A stretch of 64,000 bases of DNA from an uncultured Bacillota bacterium (GCA_947644695.1 CANSAJ010000004.1:5750-69749); one strand, 5' to 3'. Positions 17,658 to 27,063 are shown, counted from the first letter of the stretch. The notes: generated from the letters alone by a model not told the origin. Translations and numbers: made by a program.

Positions 17658-18927
17658 TTATACTAAGTTCTTTAAGAGTAATTCGGGCTATAATAGATTT
17701 GTAAAAGGTATTTATGATAAATATAGGTCTTTAGGCAAGTTTGCTGGTGTTGTAAAGTTAAAAAATTTATCTTCTGATGAGGCTAATGTACTTTCAAGAC
17801 TTTTTGGGGTTTCAATGAATTCTTCTGAAAATGTTAATTTGTCTATAAAGAAATTTTTGAAAATTATGAGCGAGTCTAAGTATAATGATTTTGATATTGC
17901 TACTTTTATAAGTGAATATTTTGACATTTCTTTGGAAAGTAAGAGTGCTGAAAAAGCAAAAAAAAGAGAAACTGAAATGGAATTTTATGAGCAATTTTGT
18001 GTTGGTAATTCTCTAGGTAATGCTTGGATGAGAGAAGTGGTTTCTCAACGAGACGTTTCTTTTAAAATTATTCATGAAAGGTATAATAAGGATAAGGTTA
18101 GTTTAGAAAGAGAGATTGTTAATATAATTAGTTGTATTAATAATTTACCTCAAGAGTCTACACTTTTATCTATTTATTCAGCTTCTATAACTGGAGATCC
18201 ACATTATCTTGATTTAGATGGAACCCATTCTTCTCTTTTCTTTTATGCTTTATGCTATTTGGATGAAATTAAATATCCTGTAAGTAGAGAAGATAAAATT
18301 TTGTTATTAAGTAAGTTTAATATTTTGATAGATAATTTATCTAATTCAGTTATTACTTATAAATTGATAAGTGATAGTAATGCTATTAATGAATTTTCAA
18401 AAAATGGTGAGGCCTTAGTTTTGACTATGCAAAATATTATGAATAGAAAGGTCTTTAGTGGAATTAATAATTGTGTGTTTGTTTTTGAAAATCCTTCTAT
18501 ATTATCTTATATAATTGCAAATAAACTTAATATATCAGTTGTCATTGTTGGTGGTTTTCCTAATACATGTGTTTATTTATTGCTAGATAAACTTGTGAAA
18601 AATGGATGTGCACTTTATTATAATGGTGATTTTGATCCAGAAGGGCTTTTGATAGCCCAGATGTTAAAGGATAGATATGAGGATAAGATTAATTTATTAT
18701 GTTATGATAAAGAGAGTTATGTTAAATCTAAATCAAAAAAACTTATAAGTGAGTCTAGATTAAAGAAGTTAGATAAAGTATTCAATCGCGATTTAATAGT
18801 TATGAAAAAATTACTTTATGAAAACTGTATTTCAGGTTATCAAGAGAATTTAATGGAGATATTGAAGATGGAGGTTGAAAAGATTTTAAAATCTAACTTT
18901 TCTATTACTATTTCAGAAGATAGATAA
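17650..18927 (+). CDS. jetD: Wadjet JetD (Toprim/topoisomerase VI-like nuclease subunit)
   Basis: C-terminal Toprim motifs FVFENPS (Glu) and YYNGDFDPEGLLIA (DxD). It overlaps the jetC stop by 8 nt. Confidence 0.85.
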   Translation: MHDYTKFFKSNSGYNRFVKGIYDKYRSLGKFAGVVKLKNLSSDEANVLSRLFGVSMNSSENVNLSIKKFLKIMSESKYNDFDIATFISEYFDISLESKSAEKAKKRETEMEFYEQFCVGNSLGNAWMREVVSQRDVSFKIIHERYNKDKVSLEREIVNIISCINNLPQESTLLSIYSASITGDPHYLDLDGTHSSLFFYALCYLDEIKYPVSREDKILLLSKFNILIDNLSNSVITYKLISDSNAINEFSKNGEALVLTMQNIMNRKVFSGINNCVFVFENPSILSYIIANKLNISVVIVGGFPNTCVYLLLDKLVKNGCALYYNGDFDPEGLLIAQMLKDRYEDKINLLCYDKESYVKSKSKKLISESRLKKLDKVFNRDLIVMKKLLYENCISGYQENLMEILKMEVEKILKSNFSITISEDR

Positions 18928-18929
18928 AC

Positions 18930-18998
18930 TATATATTATGTAGATGATGGTATTATGAATGAAATGCGAACTTAATTAGGGTTGAATATTGTTGAAGT
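18930..18998 (+). repeat. Degenerate duplicate of the amidase RBS and 5' coding end (partner at 19155-19222)
   Basis: ATATATTATGTAGATGATGGTATTATGAATGAAATGCGAACTTAATTAGGGTTGAATATTG aligns with ATATATTATTATAGGTGATGATACTATGAATGAAATGCGAGCATTAACAGGGGTTGTAATTG. The copy reads MNEMRT(stop). Confidence 0.6.
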
Positions 18999-19012
18999 TA
19001 TAAAAAGTGTAA

Positions 19013-19040
19013 GAGATACTTTATTTGAAGTGTCTTTTTT
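19013..19040 (+). terminator. Hairpin plus T-run after the jet operon
   Basis: GAGATACTT-TATTTG-AAGTGTCTT followed by TTTT. It uses the same stem sequence as 8804-8830. Confidence 0.4.
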
Positions 19041-19179
19041 GGTTGTTTATTTATTTGATTTTTAAGTAAGATTGCTCATGATATTTGATAAATTTTAGAG
19101 TTTGTACTTAATAAATTATATTTGAAAAATAATTAACACTTATTGTGAATTTTCATATATTATTATAGGTGATGATACT

Positions 19180-19454
19180 ATGAATGAAATGCGAGCATTA
19201 ACAGGGGTTGTAATTGATGCAGGGCATGGAGGTGCTGATCCTGGCGCTAGTGGCAACGGAATTATAGAAAAGGATTTGACTTTATTAATTAGTAAGTATA
19301 TGTATGATAGGCTTAGAGAAATGGGAGTGCCTGTTAAGATGACAAGAAGTGGTGATGAAACTTTAGATAGTACAGTTAGATCAAAAAGGATTACAGATGC
19401 GTATGGTACTGGAAAAGATGTACTTGTAATATCGAATCACATAAATGCAGGAGG
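19180..19454 (+). pseudogene. N-acetylmuramoyl-L-alanine amidase (Amidase_3), 5' segment of a gene split by a mobile element
   Basis: GVVIDAGHGGADPGASGNG...VISNHINAGG is the Amidase_3 N-terminal half. After GG the frame runs into element sequence (ATFA-stop at 19470). The reading frame resumes at 30745. Confidence 0.8.
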
Positions 19455-19464
19455 TGCTACATTC
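19455..19464. repeat. Left terminal inverted repeat of the element (TGCTACATTC)
   Basis: Exact reverse complement of 30735-30744. It is preceded by GG (19453-19454). Confidence 0.75.
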
Positions 19465-19540
19465 GCATGATGTGATTAAATTAAAATGTTTAATATATGT
19501 ATTTATATTAACTAAGAATAATTCAATTAAAATTAATTAA

Positions 19541-19565
19541 GAGAACTTTGTTGTTCTCATTTTTG
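19541..19565 (+). terminator. Hairpin plus T-run just inside the element's left end
   Basis: GAGAAC-TTTGTT-GTTCTC followed by ATTTTTG. It would stop read-through from the truncated amidase 5' segment. Confidence 0.4.
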
Positions 19566-19672
19566 TGTTTAAGATTTTTTATCAGTTACTATAAGGTTTA
19601 AAAAATAGATTATATGTCCATATTCTAGAATAATTAATTTTTTTAATTTGTATCATGAATCAAACACGATAT

Positions 19673-19718
19673 TTTAAAGTGCAAAATAACAGTTTAAAGT
19701 GCAAATTTTGCACTTTAA
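19673..19718. promoter_or_regulatory. Direct repeat plus perfect palindrome upstream of the Fic gene (candidate operator)
   Basis: TTTAAAGTGCAAA occurs twice (19673-19685, 19693-19705). The second copy is part of the palindrome TTAAAGTGCAAA-T-TTTGCACTTTAA (19694-19718), about 55 nt upstream of ATG 19775. Confidence 0.4.
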
Positions 19719-19774
19719 GAGTATGAAAAAGTTGCAATGTATGTTATAATGTATATAGTTAGGAGGACTTAGTT

Positions 19775-20833
19775 ATGACCAAAAAAGAAGAATGGAATAT
19801 TGAATTATCACAATATATAAAACAAGGTGAACCAAGTAAAATTGAAAAAGCAAAAAATTGGGAAACTGCTATTGGGTTACAGAAGGTAGATGGTCTTAAT
19901 CCCTCTAAATATTTAATTGGAACTGCTAAAGAACATATTGAAGGAAATATAGATATTAAAGAAGTAGAAAGCAGAATAAATAATTATTATAAGGTTCTTA
20001 ATGAAAGAAAAATAGAAGAACAAGAAAGTACTGAAGAAGCAGATAAAGTATCAGTAAGAATAACTGAGATTTTAAGTGAAAATTCATTTAATTTTAATCC
20101 TACAGAACTTATTAGTATTCATGCAAGATTATTTAAAGGTGTATATAAACATGCTGGTCAATTAAGAGATTATGATATGACAAAGAATGAATGGGTGTTA
20201 AATGATGACACAGTAACTTACGCTCCATATGGAACGCTTATGGCAGCTTTACAATATGATTTTGAACAAGAAAAAAATTTTTCATATAAAGATTTATCAT
20301 TTGATGAATCAATAAAACATTTATGTAAATTTACTTCAAATATTTGGCAAGTTCATCCGTTTTGTGAAGGTAATACGAGAACAACAGCTGTATTTGTTAT
20401 TAAATATTTAAGAACATTTGGATTTAAAATTAATAATGATGTCTTTGCAGAAAATTCTTGGTATTTTAGAAATGCTTTGGTAAGAGCTAATTATAAAAAC
20501 TTTGAAAAAAATGTATTCGAAGATATATCATTTTTAGAAAAATTTTTTTATAATCTTTTATCTAATGCAAATTATGAATTAAAAAATAGATATGTTCATA
20601 TTGATTATGAACAGGAAAATAATCAAGAAAAGACGATACATAACGAATATACATTGGAAGAACAAGCTATTATTAATATTATCAAAAACAATCCAACAAT
20701 TAAACAAGAGGAGATTGCTAAAGAAATTAATAAATCAGTAAGGACTGTAAAAAATAGAATGATAGATATGCAGGAAAAAGGAATAATAGAAAGAAAAAAT
20801 GGGAAAAGAAATGGTGAATGGATTATTTTATAA
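19775..20833 (+). CDS. Fic-domain protein with a C-terminal winged-helix DNA-binding domain
   Basis: Fic core motif HPFCEGNTRTTAVF (HPFx[D/E]GNxR). C-terminal wHTH-like IKQEEIAKEINKSVRTVKNRMIDMQEKGIIERKNGKRNGEW. AGGAGG RBS. Confidence 0.85.
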   Translation: MTKKEEWNIELSQYIKQGEPSKIEKAKNWETAIGLQKVDGLNPSKYLIGTAKEHIEGNIDIKEVESRINNYYKVLNERKIEEQESTEEADKVSVRITEILSENSFNFNPTELISIHARLFKGVYKHAGQLRDYDMTKNEWVLNDDTVTYAPYGTLMAALQYDFEQEKNFSYKDLSFDESIKHLCKFTSNIWQVHPFCEGNTRTTAVFVIKYLRTFGFKINNDVFAENSWYFRNALVRANYKNFEKNVFEDISFLEKFFYNLLSNANYELKNRYVHIDYEQENNQEKTIHNEYTLEEQAIINIIKNNPTIKQEEIAKEINKSVRTVKNRMIDMQEKGIIERKNGKRNGEWIIL

Positions 20834-20859
20834 TAAAAATAATTTAGTTAGGAAGTGAA

Positions 20860-21003
20860 ATGATGGGAAATTTTTATAGGAAATCAATGTTGAAAAAGTG
20901 TAATTTACATATTCATACAATAAAATCGGTATATGATAATGGCAAATATGGTGATGAAGAAAAGTATAATGGTTTATTAAAAAAACTAATAGGTGGTGAA
21001 TAG
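20860..21003 (+). CDS. 47-aa micro-ORF, possibly a remnant of a PHP-domain gene
   Basis: AGGAAGTGA RBS. Its stop lies 1 nt before the hsdR ATG. CNLHIHTIKSVYDNG resembles the N-terminal (D/N)LHxHTxxSxxDG motif of PHP phosphoesterases. Confidence 0.25.
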   Translation: MMGNFYRKSMLKKCNLHIHTIKSVYDNGKYGDEEKYNGLLKKLIGGE

Positions 21004-21004
21004 T

Positions 21005-24000
21005 ATGGAGTTTAGTGAAAATACAAGAGTTAAAATACCAGCTTTAGTACATGCTACAAGGCTTGGCTATAAATACTTATCTTTAAAAGAAGTAAAAGAA
21101 CAATTAGATTCTAGAATGAATATTTTTAAAATTATATTTAAAGATAGCATAAATAAAATTAATAATACTGATTTAAAAGAAAGTGATATTGATAGAATAC
21201 TTGATGAAATAGATATTGAATTAAATAATAAAGATTTAGGTAGAAAATTTTATAAAACATTATTAGATGGATTGGATGGAATTAAATTAATTGATTTCGA
21301 TAATGCTGAGAGAAATACTTTAAATGTTCTGACTGAATTACCATATGAAAATGGAGAAGATAATTTTAGACCAGATGTAATTATGCTTATTAATGGTATG
21401 CCACTAGGGTTTATTGAAGTAAAAAAGCCAAATAATAGAGACGGTATATTAGCTGAGAGAAATAGAATTAATGATAGGTTTCATAACGAAAAATTTAGAA
21501 AATTTATGAATATTACTCAATTATTAGTGTTTTCTAATAATCAAGATTATAATAATGATTCTATTGTACCAATAGAAGGAGCTTTTTATGGTACTCCAAG
21601 TGATAAAAGTGTTTTCTTTAACTGTTTTAGAGAAGAAGAGCCATCTATTTTTGATAAGATTGGTGATATATCAGATTCCGAAGAAAACTTTATATTGAAA
21701 GATAACAATTATGTTTCAATAAAAGGAACTAATGAATATAGTACTAATTTAAGTAGAATGACACCCACAAACAAATTGATAACATCATTATTTCACAAGA
21801 ATAGAATATTTAAATTGTTAAGATATGGAATAACTTATGTAGAAAAAGCTAATAAGAATGGTGTTGTTGAAATACAAAAACATATTATGAGATATCAACA
21901 ATTATTTGCAACTTTTGCTATTGAAAATAAAATATCAGAAGGAGTTAAAAAAGGCATTATTTGGCATACTCAAGGTTCTGGTAAAACTGCATTAGCATAT
22001 TTTAATGTTAAATATTTAACTGATTATTATGCAAAACAATCTAAAGTCGCTAAATTCTATTTTATAGTTGATAGACTTGACTTATTAAAACAAGCTTCTG
22101 AAGAATTTGAAGCTAGAGGTTTAAATGTTGTTAAAGTTAATTCTAGAGAAGACTTTAAGAAAAATATTGCAATGACTGGCGAGGTATCTAAAACAGGCAA
22201 ATTAACTATCAATGTTGTTAATATTCAAAAGTTTTCTGAAGATTCAACTGTAAAAGATTCTGATTATAATATTGATGTACAAAGAATTTACTTTTTAGAT
22301 GAAGCTCATAGGGACTATAATCCTAGAGGAAATTTCTTAGCTAATTTAATGGCATCTGATAGAAATTCAATTAAAATAGCATTAACAGGCACACCTTTAG
22401 TAAATCAAGAAATAGATGGTATTAAATATTCTTCAAAGGATATTTTTGGAGATTATATTCACAAATATTATTATAATAAATCTATTATGGATGGATATAC
22501 TTTAAAATTAATTAGAGAAGGTGTACAAGCTGAATACAAAGTTAAAATAGCTGAAGCACTAGATCAAGTTAGAAAAATATTAAAAGATGCAAAAGAAAGT
22601 GATATAGTATCTCATCCAGTTTACACAGAAGCATTAGCTGAATACATAACAAATGATTTTGGGGCTTCTAGAGTTAGATTTGGTGATGATACTATAGGTG
22701 CTATGATTGTCTGTGATTCACAAGCACAAGCTAGAAATCTATTTAAATCATTAGATAAATATGATTTTTCAAAAATTCTTATTCTTTATAATGAAGATAA
22801 TAAACAAGTTAGAGAAGAAGAAATAAAAGCTTATAAAGAAGGAAAAATAGATATTTTAGTGGTTGATAATATGTTATTAACTGGATTTGATGCACCTAGA
22901 CTTAAAAAATTATATTTAGGAAGAGTAATTAGAGCTCATAACTTATTACAAGCATTAACGAGAGTTAATAGACCATATAAAAATTTTAGACATGGATATG
23001 TTGTTGATTTTGCAGATATTAGAGATGAATTTGATAAAACAAATCAGATATATTTTAATGAATTACAAGAAGAATTAGGAGAAGACTTTGAACATTATTC
23101 AAGTATCTTTGTATCAAGTGAAGATGCTGAAAAAAGAATTTGCGAAATAAAAGATAAATTATTTTTATTTGATTTTTCAAATAAGGAAATATTAAGTTCT
23201 CAAATTAGTTCTTTAGGGAAAAAAGATTTAATTGATTTAAGAAGGTTAGTTAGGGATTATAAAGATTTATATAATATAATTAAATCTTTAAATTATACTG
23301 ATTTGATTGAAAAAGTCGATATATCTAGTGTTGATAATATGTCTAGAGAAATTAATAGAAGATTAGATATTCTTAATTTATCAGAAGATGTTAATAGTAA
23401 TGATGGATCTAATCTCCTAAATACTGTGTTCGAAAATTTGGATATTAAATTTAGGAAAATTAATGAGGGTGAACTCGTTATATCTGATAAATATTTAGAT
23501 AAAATAGAGGAAGTACGAAAAAAGTTTATTGATAATATTGATAAAGATGATAAATACTATACTTCATTAGCGAATGAATTTAATAATTTATTTAAAATGA
23601 AAAACATAGAAGAATTAACCATTGATGATATTAATGATAATATGGAAAAATTAACTGAAATTGAAAAGAGTATTGATCAATTGAATTTAAAGAATAGTAT
23701 GCTTCTTAATAAATTACTTGGTGATGAAAAGTATGTAAAAATTTATAAAAGGGTTAAAGATAGAATATCAGATTTTAGCGATTTAAAATTGGTAGAAATC
23801 CTTTTAAAAATTAAAAATCAAGTTGATGATTTGATTTTAAGAAGAAATGATGTTTTGGATAATGTTGAATTCTTTAAAAGCGAAGTTGGTAGATGTGTTT
23901 ATATGACATCTAATGAAGAAACAAAGATTATTGATGAAATAGATTTCTTTGTAGACTTAATAGTAACAATGTATGAATTTGAAAGGAGGGTAAGTAATAA

Positions 24001-24007
24001 TGGATAA
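21005..24007 (+). CDS. hsdR: Type I restriction enzyme, R subunit
   Basis: About 1000 aa. The N-terminal nuclease region contains the motif GFIEVKKP. Helicase motif I is HTQGSGKTALA, motif II YFLDEAHR, and a later motif is LTGFDAPRL. Confidence 0.9.
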   Translation: MEFSENTRVKIPALVHATRLGYKYLSLKEVKEQLDSRMNIFKIIFKDSINKINNTDLKESDIDRILDEIDIELNNKDLGRKFYKTLLDGLDGIKLIDFDNAERNTLNVLTELPYENGEDNFRPDVIMLINGMPLGFIEVKKPNNRDGILAERNRINDRFHNEKFRKFMNITQLLVFSNNQDYNNDSIVPIEGAFYGTPSDKSVFFNCFREEEPSIFDKIGDISDSEENFILKDNNYVSIKGTNEYSTNLSRMTPTNKLITSLFHKNRIFKLLRYGITYVEKANKNGVVEIQKHIMRYQQLFATFAIENKISEGVKKGIIWHTQGSGKTALAYFNVKYLTDYYAKQSKVAKFYFIVDRLDLLKQASEEFEARGLNVVKVNSREDFKKNIAMTGEVSKTGKLTINVVNIQKFSEDSTVKDSDYNIDVQRIYFLDEAHRDYNPRGNFLANLMASDRNSIKIALTGTPLVNQEIDGIKYSSKDIFGDYIHKYYYNKSIMDGYTLKLIREGVQAEYKVKIAEALDQVRKILKDAKESDIVSHPVYTEALAEYITNDFGASRVRFGDDTIGAMIVCDSQAQARNLFKSLDKYDFSKILILYNEDNKQVREEEIKAYKEGKIDILVVDNMLLTGFDAPRLKKLYLGRVIRAHNLLQALTRVNRPYKNFRHGYVVDFADIRDEFDKTNQIYFNELQEELGEDFEHYSSIFVSSEDAEKRICEIKDKLFLFDFSNKEILSSQISSLGKKDLIDLRRLVRDYKDLYNIIKSLNYTDLIEKVDISSVDNMSREINRRLDILNLSEDVNSNDGSNLLNTVFENLDIKFRKINEGELVISDKYLDKIEEVRKKFIDNIDKDDKYYTSLANEFNNLFKMKNIEELTIDDINDNMEKLTEIEKSIDQLNLKNSMLLNKLLGDEKYVKIYKRVKDRISDFSDLKLVEILLKIKNQVDDLILRRNDVLDNVEFFKSEVGRCVYMTSNEETKIIDEIDFFVDLIVTMYEFERRVSNNG

Positions 24008-25652
24008 GGAAAGACAATTAATAGTTAAAACATCAAGAATGATAGATGATCTAAAAGCAGTATGTGGTGAATATGGATTATCTAATACGGGAAATGAATA
24101 CAAAATTATTGCTGATTCTTTCCTTTATAAATATTTAAATGATAAATTCTTATATGAATTTAAAAGAATAGATAAAAATCTATCTAAGGGTTCTACAACA
24201 AAAGAAGTAGAAGAAGAAATAATGAAACTTAGTCCTGTAGAAATGTCTAAATATAGATATGGATTAGGTGCAAATGTAGCATATATTAGAAAGGAATTTT
24301 TGGTTAGTTATTTATTTAATAACAAAAATTCAACTACTCCTAAGTTTTATGAATTGTTTGATAATGCTTTAGATGGAATTTCAAACGATAATATTGATAT
24401 ATTCTCAGTAAGAACTGGTAGTAAAGAAAAAATAAAATTATTTAGTCCTATTTCTCAATATATTATTGAATCAAATAAGAAGAATGATTTTGCTAAAGCT
24501 ATAATTGATAAATTAGTAGAATTTTCTTTTGATGAAGTATTTGAAGAAAAATATGATTTCTTTGCAACTATATTTGAATATTTAATTAAAGATTATAATA
24601 AAGATTTTGGTAAGTATGCAGAATACTATACACCTAATTCAATTGCTAGAATTATTGCTAAAATATTAGTACCTGATACTGACAAAGTAAGAAATGTATC
24701 TATATATGATCCAGCAGCTGGATCTGGTACATTATTATTAGCTTTAGCACATGAAATAGGTGAAGAAGACTGCACATTATATACTCAAGATATTTCTCAA
24801 AAATCAAATGAATTTTTAAGATTAAACTTGATATTAAATAATTTAGTACATTCATTGGATAATGTTGTACATGGTAATACATTATTAAATCCTGCGCATT
24901 TAAATAAAGAAGGGAATAAATTAGCACAATTTGATTACATAGTAAGTAATCCGCCTTTTAAAACTGATTTTAGTGATTATAGAGATAAGTTAGAGGATGA
25001 TAAATATTCAGATAGATTTTTTGCTGGTGTTCCAACAATACCAAAAAAAGAAAAAGATAAAATGTCGATATATCTTCTTTTTATACAGCATATAATTTAT
25101 TCTTTAAAAGACAATGGGAAAGCTGCTATAGTTGTTCCAACTGGTTTTTTGACAACTCAAAATAAAATAGAATTCAAAATAAGAAAATATTTAATAGAGA
25201 ATAATTACATTGAAGGAATCATTTCAATGCCATCTAATATTTTTGCCAACACAGGAACGAATGTTTCGATTATATTTATTAGTAGAATTAAAATTAATCA
25301 TAATGTATTTATGCTAGATGTTACATCTTTTGGAAAAAAAGAAAAAGATGGAAAAAATCAAAGAACAATATTATCAAAAAACGAACTAAATACAATTGTG
25401 GATTTATATACAAAACAAGAAGTCAATAAAAAAATTAGTGTCTTAACAGATACTGATACAATAAAAAATAATAAATTTTCATATGCACCTAATCAATATT
25501 TTGTTGTGGACATAGTCAAAGATAATATTTCAAAAGAAAGATTTAAACTGGATATGTCGAATTTTAGAAGAGAATTAAAGGATAGCTTATCTAAATCAGA
25601 AAAATTATATAAAGAGTTGCTTGAGGAATTGGAGAAAATAAAATATGAATAA
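24000..25652 (+). CDS. hsdM: Type I R-M N6-adenine DNA methyltransferase, M subunit
   Basis: SAM-binding motif IYDPAAGSGTLL and catalytic VSNPPFK. It overlaps hsdR by 8 nt. Confidence 0.9.
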   Translation: MDKERQLIVKTSRMIDDLKAVCGEYGLSNTGNEYKIIADSFLYKYLNDKFLYEFKRIDKNLSKGSTTKEVEEEIMKLSPVEMSKYRYGLGANVAYIRKEFLVSYLFNNKNSTTPKFYELFDNALDGISNDNIDIFSVRTGSKEKIKLFSPISQYIIESNKKNDFAKAIIDKLVEFSFDEVFEEKYDFFATIFEYLIKDYNKDFGKYAEYYTPNSIARIIAKILVPDTDKVRNVSIYDPAAGSGTLLLALAHEIGEEDCTLYTQDISQKSNEFLRLNLILNNLVHSLDNVVHGNTLLNPAHLNKEGNKLAQFDYIVSNPPFKTDFSDYRDKLEDDKYSDRFFAGVPTIPKKEKDKMSIYLLFIQHIIYSLKDNGKAAIVVPTGFLTTQNKIEFKIRKYLIENNYIEGIISMPSNIFANTGTNVSIIFISRIKINHNVFMLDVTSFGKKEKDGKNQRTILSKNELNTIVDLYTKQEVNKKISVLTDTDTIKNNKFSYAPNQYFVVDIVKDNISKERFKLDMSNFRRELKDSLSKSEKLYKELLEELEKIKYE

Positions 25653-26817
25653 AATATCTGTTGGCAAAGATTTATATGTTAAAGGAAGAATTGGATGGAG
25701 AGGTCTTAATAAAGATGAATATTTAGATCAAGGTGATTATAAAATAATAAATGGAACTGCATTAATGGATGGATTTATTGATTGGAATAAATGTGGCTAT
25801 ATTACAAAGAAAAGATATGACGAATCTCCTGAAATAATGTTAGAAGAAAATGATATTTTAATAACAAAAGATGGTACAATTGGGAAAATAGGATATGTTA
25901 AAAAAATTGCATGTAAATGTAGCGTGGCATCCGGAATATTTGTTGTAAGAAATACCAAAAAAGATATTTTGGATACTGATTATTTATATCACTTATTAAA
26001 TAGCCATATCTTTAAAGATTTTGTTTTTAGAAATAAAGCAGAAGGCAGTACTATTAATCACTTATATCAAAGGGAGTTAGATAAGTTTGTTATTGAGTTG
26101 CCAAGTATAGATATACAAAGAAAAGTATCGTCAATACTAAATAAAATAGATGACCTTATAAACAATAATATATATACAAATAGAATAATTGTTAATAGTA
26201 TTAAAGAAAAGTATGATTATATTTTTTATAACCTTGATAATAAATATAACGATTTGGTATTTTCTAAGGAATTAAATAGAAATATTATAAAATCATGGAA
26301 AGTAGTAAAATTAGATGCAGTATTAAAAAAAATTCCAAAGAATAAGCAGTATAAAGTAAGTGAATATTTAGATCATGGTGAATACCCCATAATGGATCAA
26401 AGTTCAGACTATATATGTGGCTTTTGTAATGAAAAAGAAAATTTATTGGATTTAGGAGATTGTGTTATATTTGGAGATCATACTAGAAAATTAAAATATG
26501 TGAATTTTCCATTTGCTCGAGGTGCTGATGGAACAAAGATATTGTGTTCTAGTGAAAAAAATCTTAGTAATTATCTTATGTACCTTCAATTATTAGATTA
26601 TAATATATCTAATCAGGGTTACTCAAGATATTATAAGTATTTAAAGGAAAAATATGTATTTATACCAGATGATTATACTTCAAATATATTTAATAAAGGA
26701 ATTAGACAGCATATGAATGTTTTAAGGAATAACATTGAATTGAATATAGCATTAGGTAGATTAAAAATGTATATTTTACCGTTATTGATGAATGGTCAGT
26801 TAAAAATAGAAGATTAA
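25645..26817 (+). CDS. hsdS: Type I R-M specificity subunit (two target-recognition domains)
   Basis: 390 aa. Central conserved spacer LPSIDIQRKVSSILNKIDDLINNN and a C-terminal coiled region. It overlaps hsdM by 8 nt. Confidence 0.85.
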   Translation: MNKISVGKDLYVKGRIGWRGLNKDEYLDQGDYKIINGTALMDGFIDWNKCGYITKKRYDESPEIMLEENDILITKDGTIGKIGYVKKIACKCSVASGIFVVRNTKKDILDTDYLYHLLNSHIFKDFVFRNKAEGSTINHLYQRELDKFVIELPSIDIQRKVSSILNKIDDLINNNIYTNRIIVNSIKEKYDYIFYNLDNKYNDLVFSKELNRNIIKSWKVVKLDAVLKKIPKNKQYKVSEYLDHGEYPIMDQSSDYICGFCNEKENLLDLGDCVIFGDHTRKLKYVNFPFARGADGTKILCSSEKNLSNYLMYLQLLDYNISNQGYSRYYKYLKEKYVFIPDDYTSNIFNKGIRQHMNVLRNNIELNIALGRLKMYILPLLMNGQLKIED

Positions 26818-26903
26818 TTTCGAAGTTATAAGATAAAAGTAGCCGCAAAAATGATATGGTTTCTTTTATTGACAAGTTCAATGATCTTCTTTTTGTTTAT
26901 TTG

Positions 26904-26912
26904 TGGTATAAT
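26904..26912 (+). promoter_or_regulatory. Extended -10 (TGgTATAAT) placed to start transcription at the candidate retron a1 repeat
   Basis: TGGTATAAT ends 4 nt before the a1 repeat (26917). A TTGACA at 26869 is too far away (32 nt) to pair with it. Confidence 0.35.
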
Positions 26913-26916
26913 TCTA

Positions 26917-27063
26917 TTAAGGGATTTGCATATCACGAGCGATACGCAGTGTGCTTAACAATGGTTACATTGTTAAATATAATATTTTAGGACCTGTGAC
27001 ATATTATATATTAACTTTTAAATAATTATTCAATAACTATAAATGTTAGAAATCCCTTCTTAA
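26917..27063 (+). ncRNA. Candidate retron msr-msd non-coding RNA
   Basis: Inverted repeats TTAAGGGATTT (26917-26927) and AAATCCCTT(CT)TAA (27050-27063) bracket the region just upstream of the RT gene. A G (26928) follows a1. Perfect 9-bp hairpin TTAACAATG-GTTA-CATTGTTAA (26955-26976), a second 9-bp stem ATATAATAT/ATATTATAT (26977-27009), and a locally GC-richer segment at 26921-26955. Confidence 0.45.

Noticed and set aside
19180-19470. Treating the 96-aa ORF as an intact small amidase
   Set aside because: It contains only the first half of the Amidase_3 domain. Its last four codons (ATFA) and the stop come from the element's terminal repeat, and the missing half continues in frame at 30745.
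26869-26874. TTGACA as the -35 box for the retron ncRNA promoter
   Set aside because: It lies 32 nt upstream of the TATAAT at 26907, which is too far for a sigma-A promoter. The TG-extended -10 alone is the better candidate.
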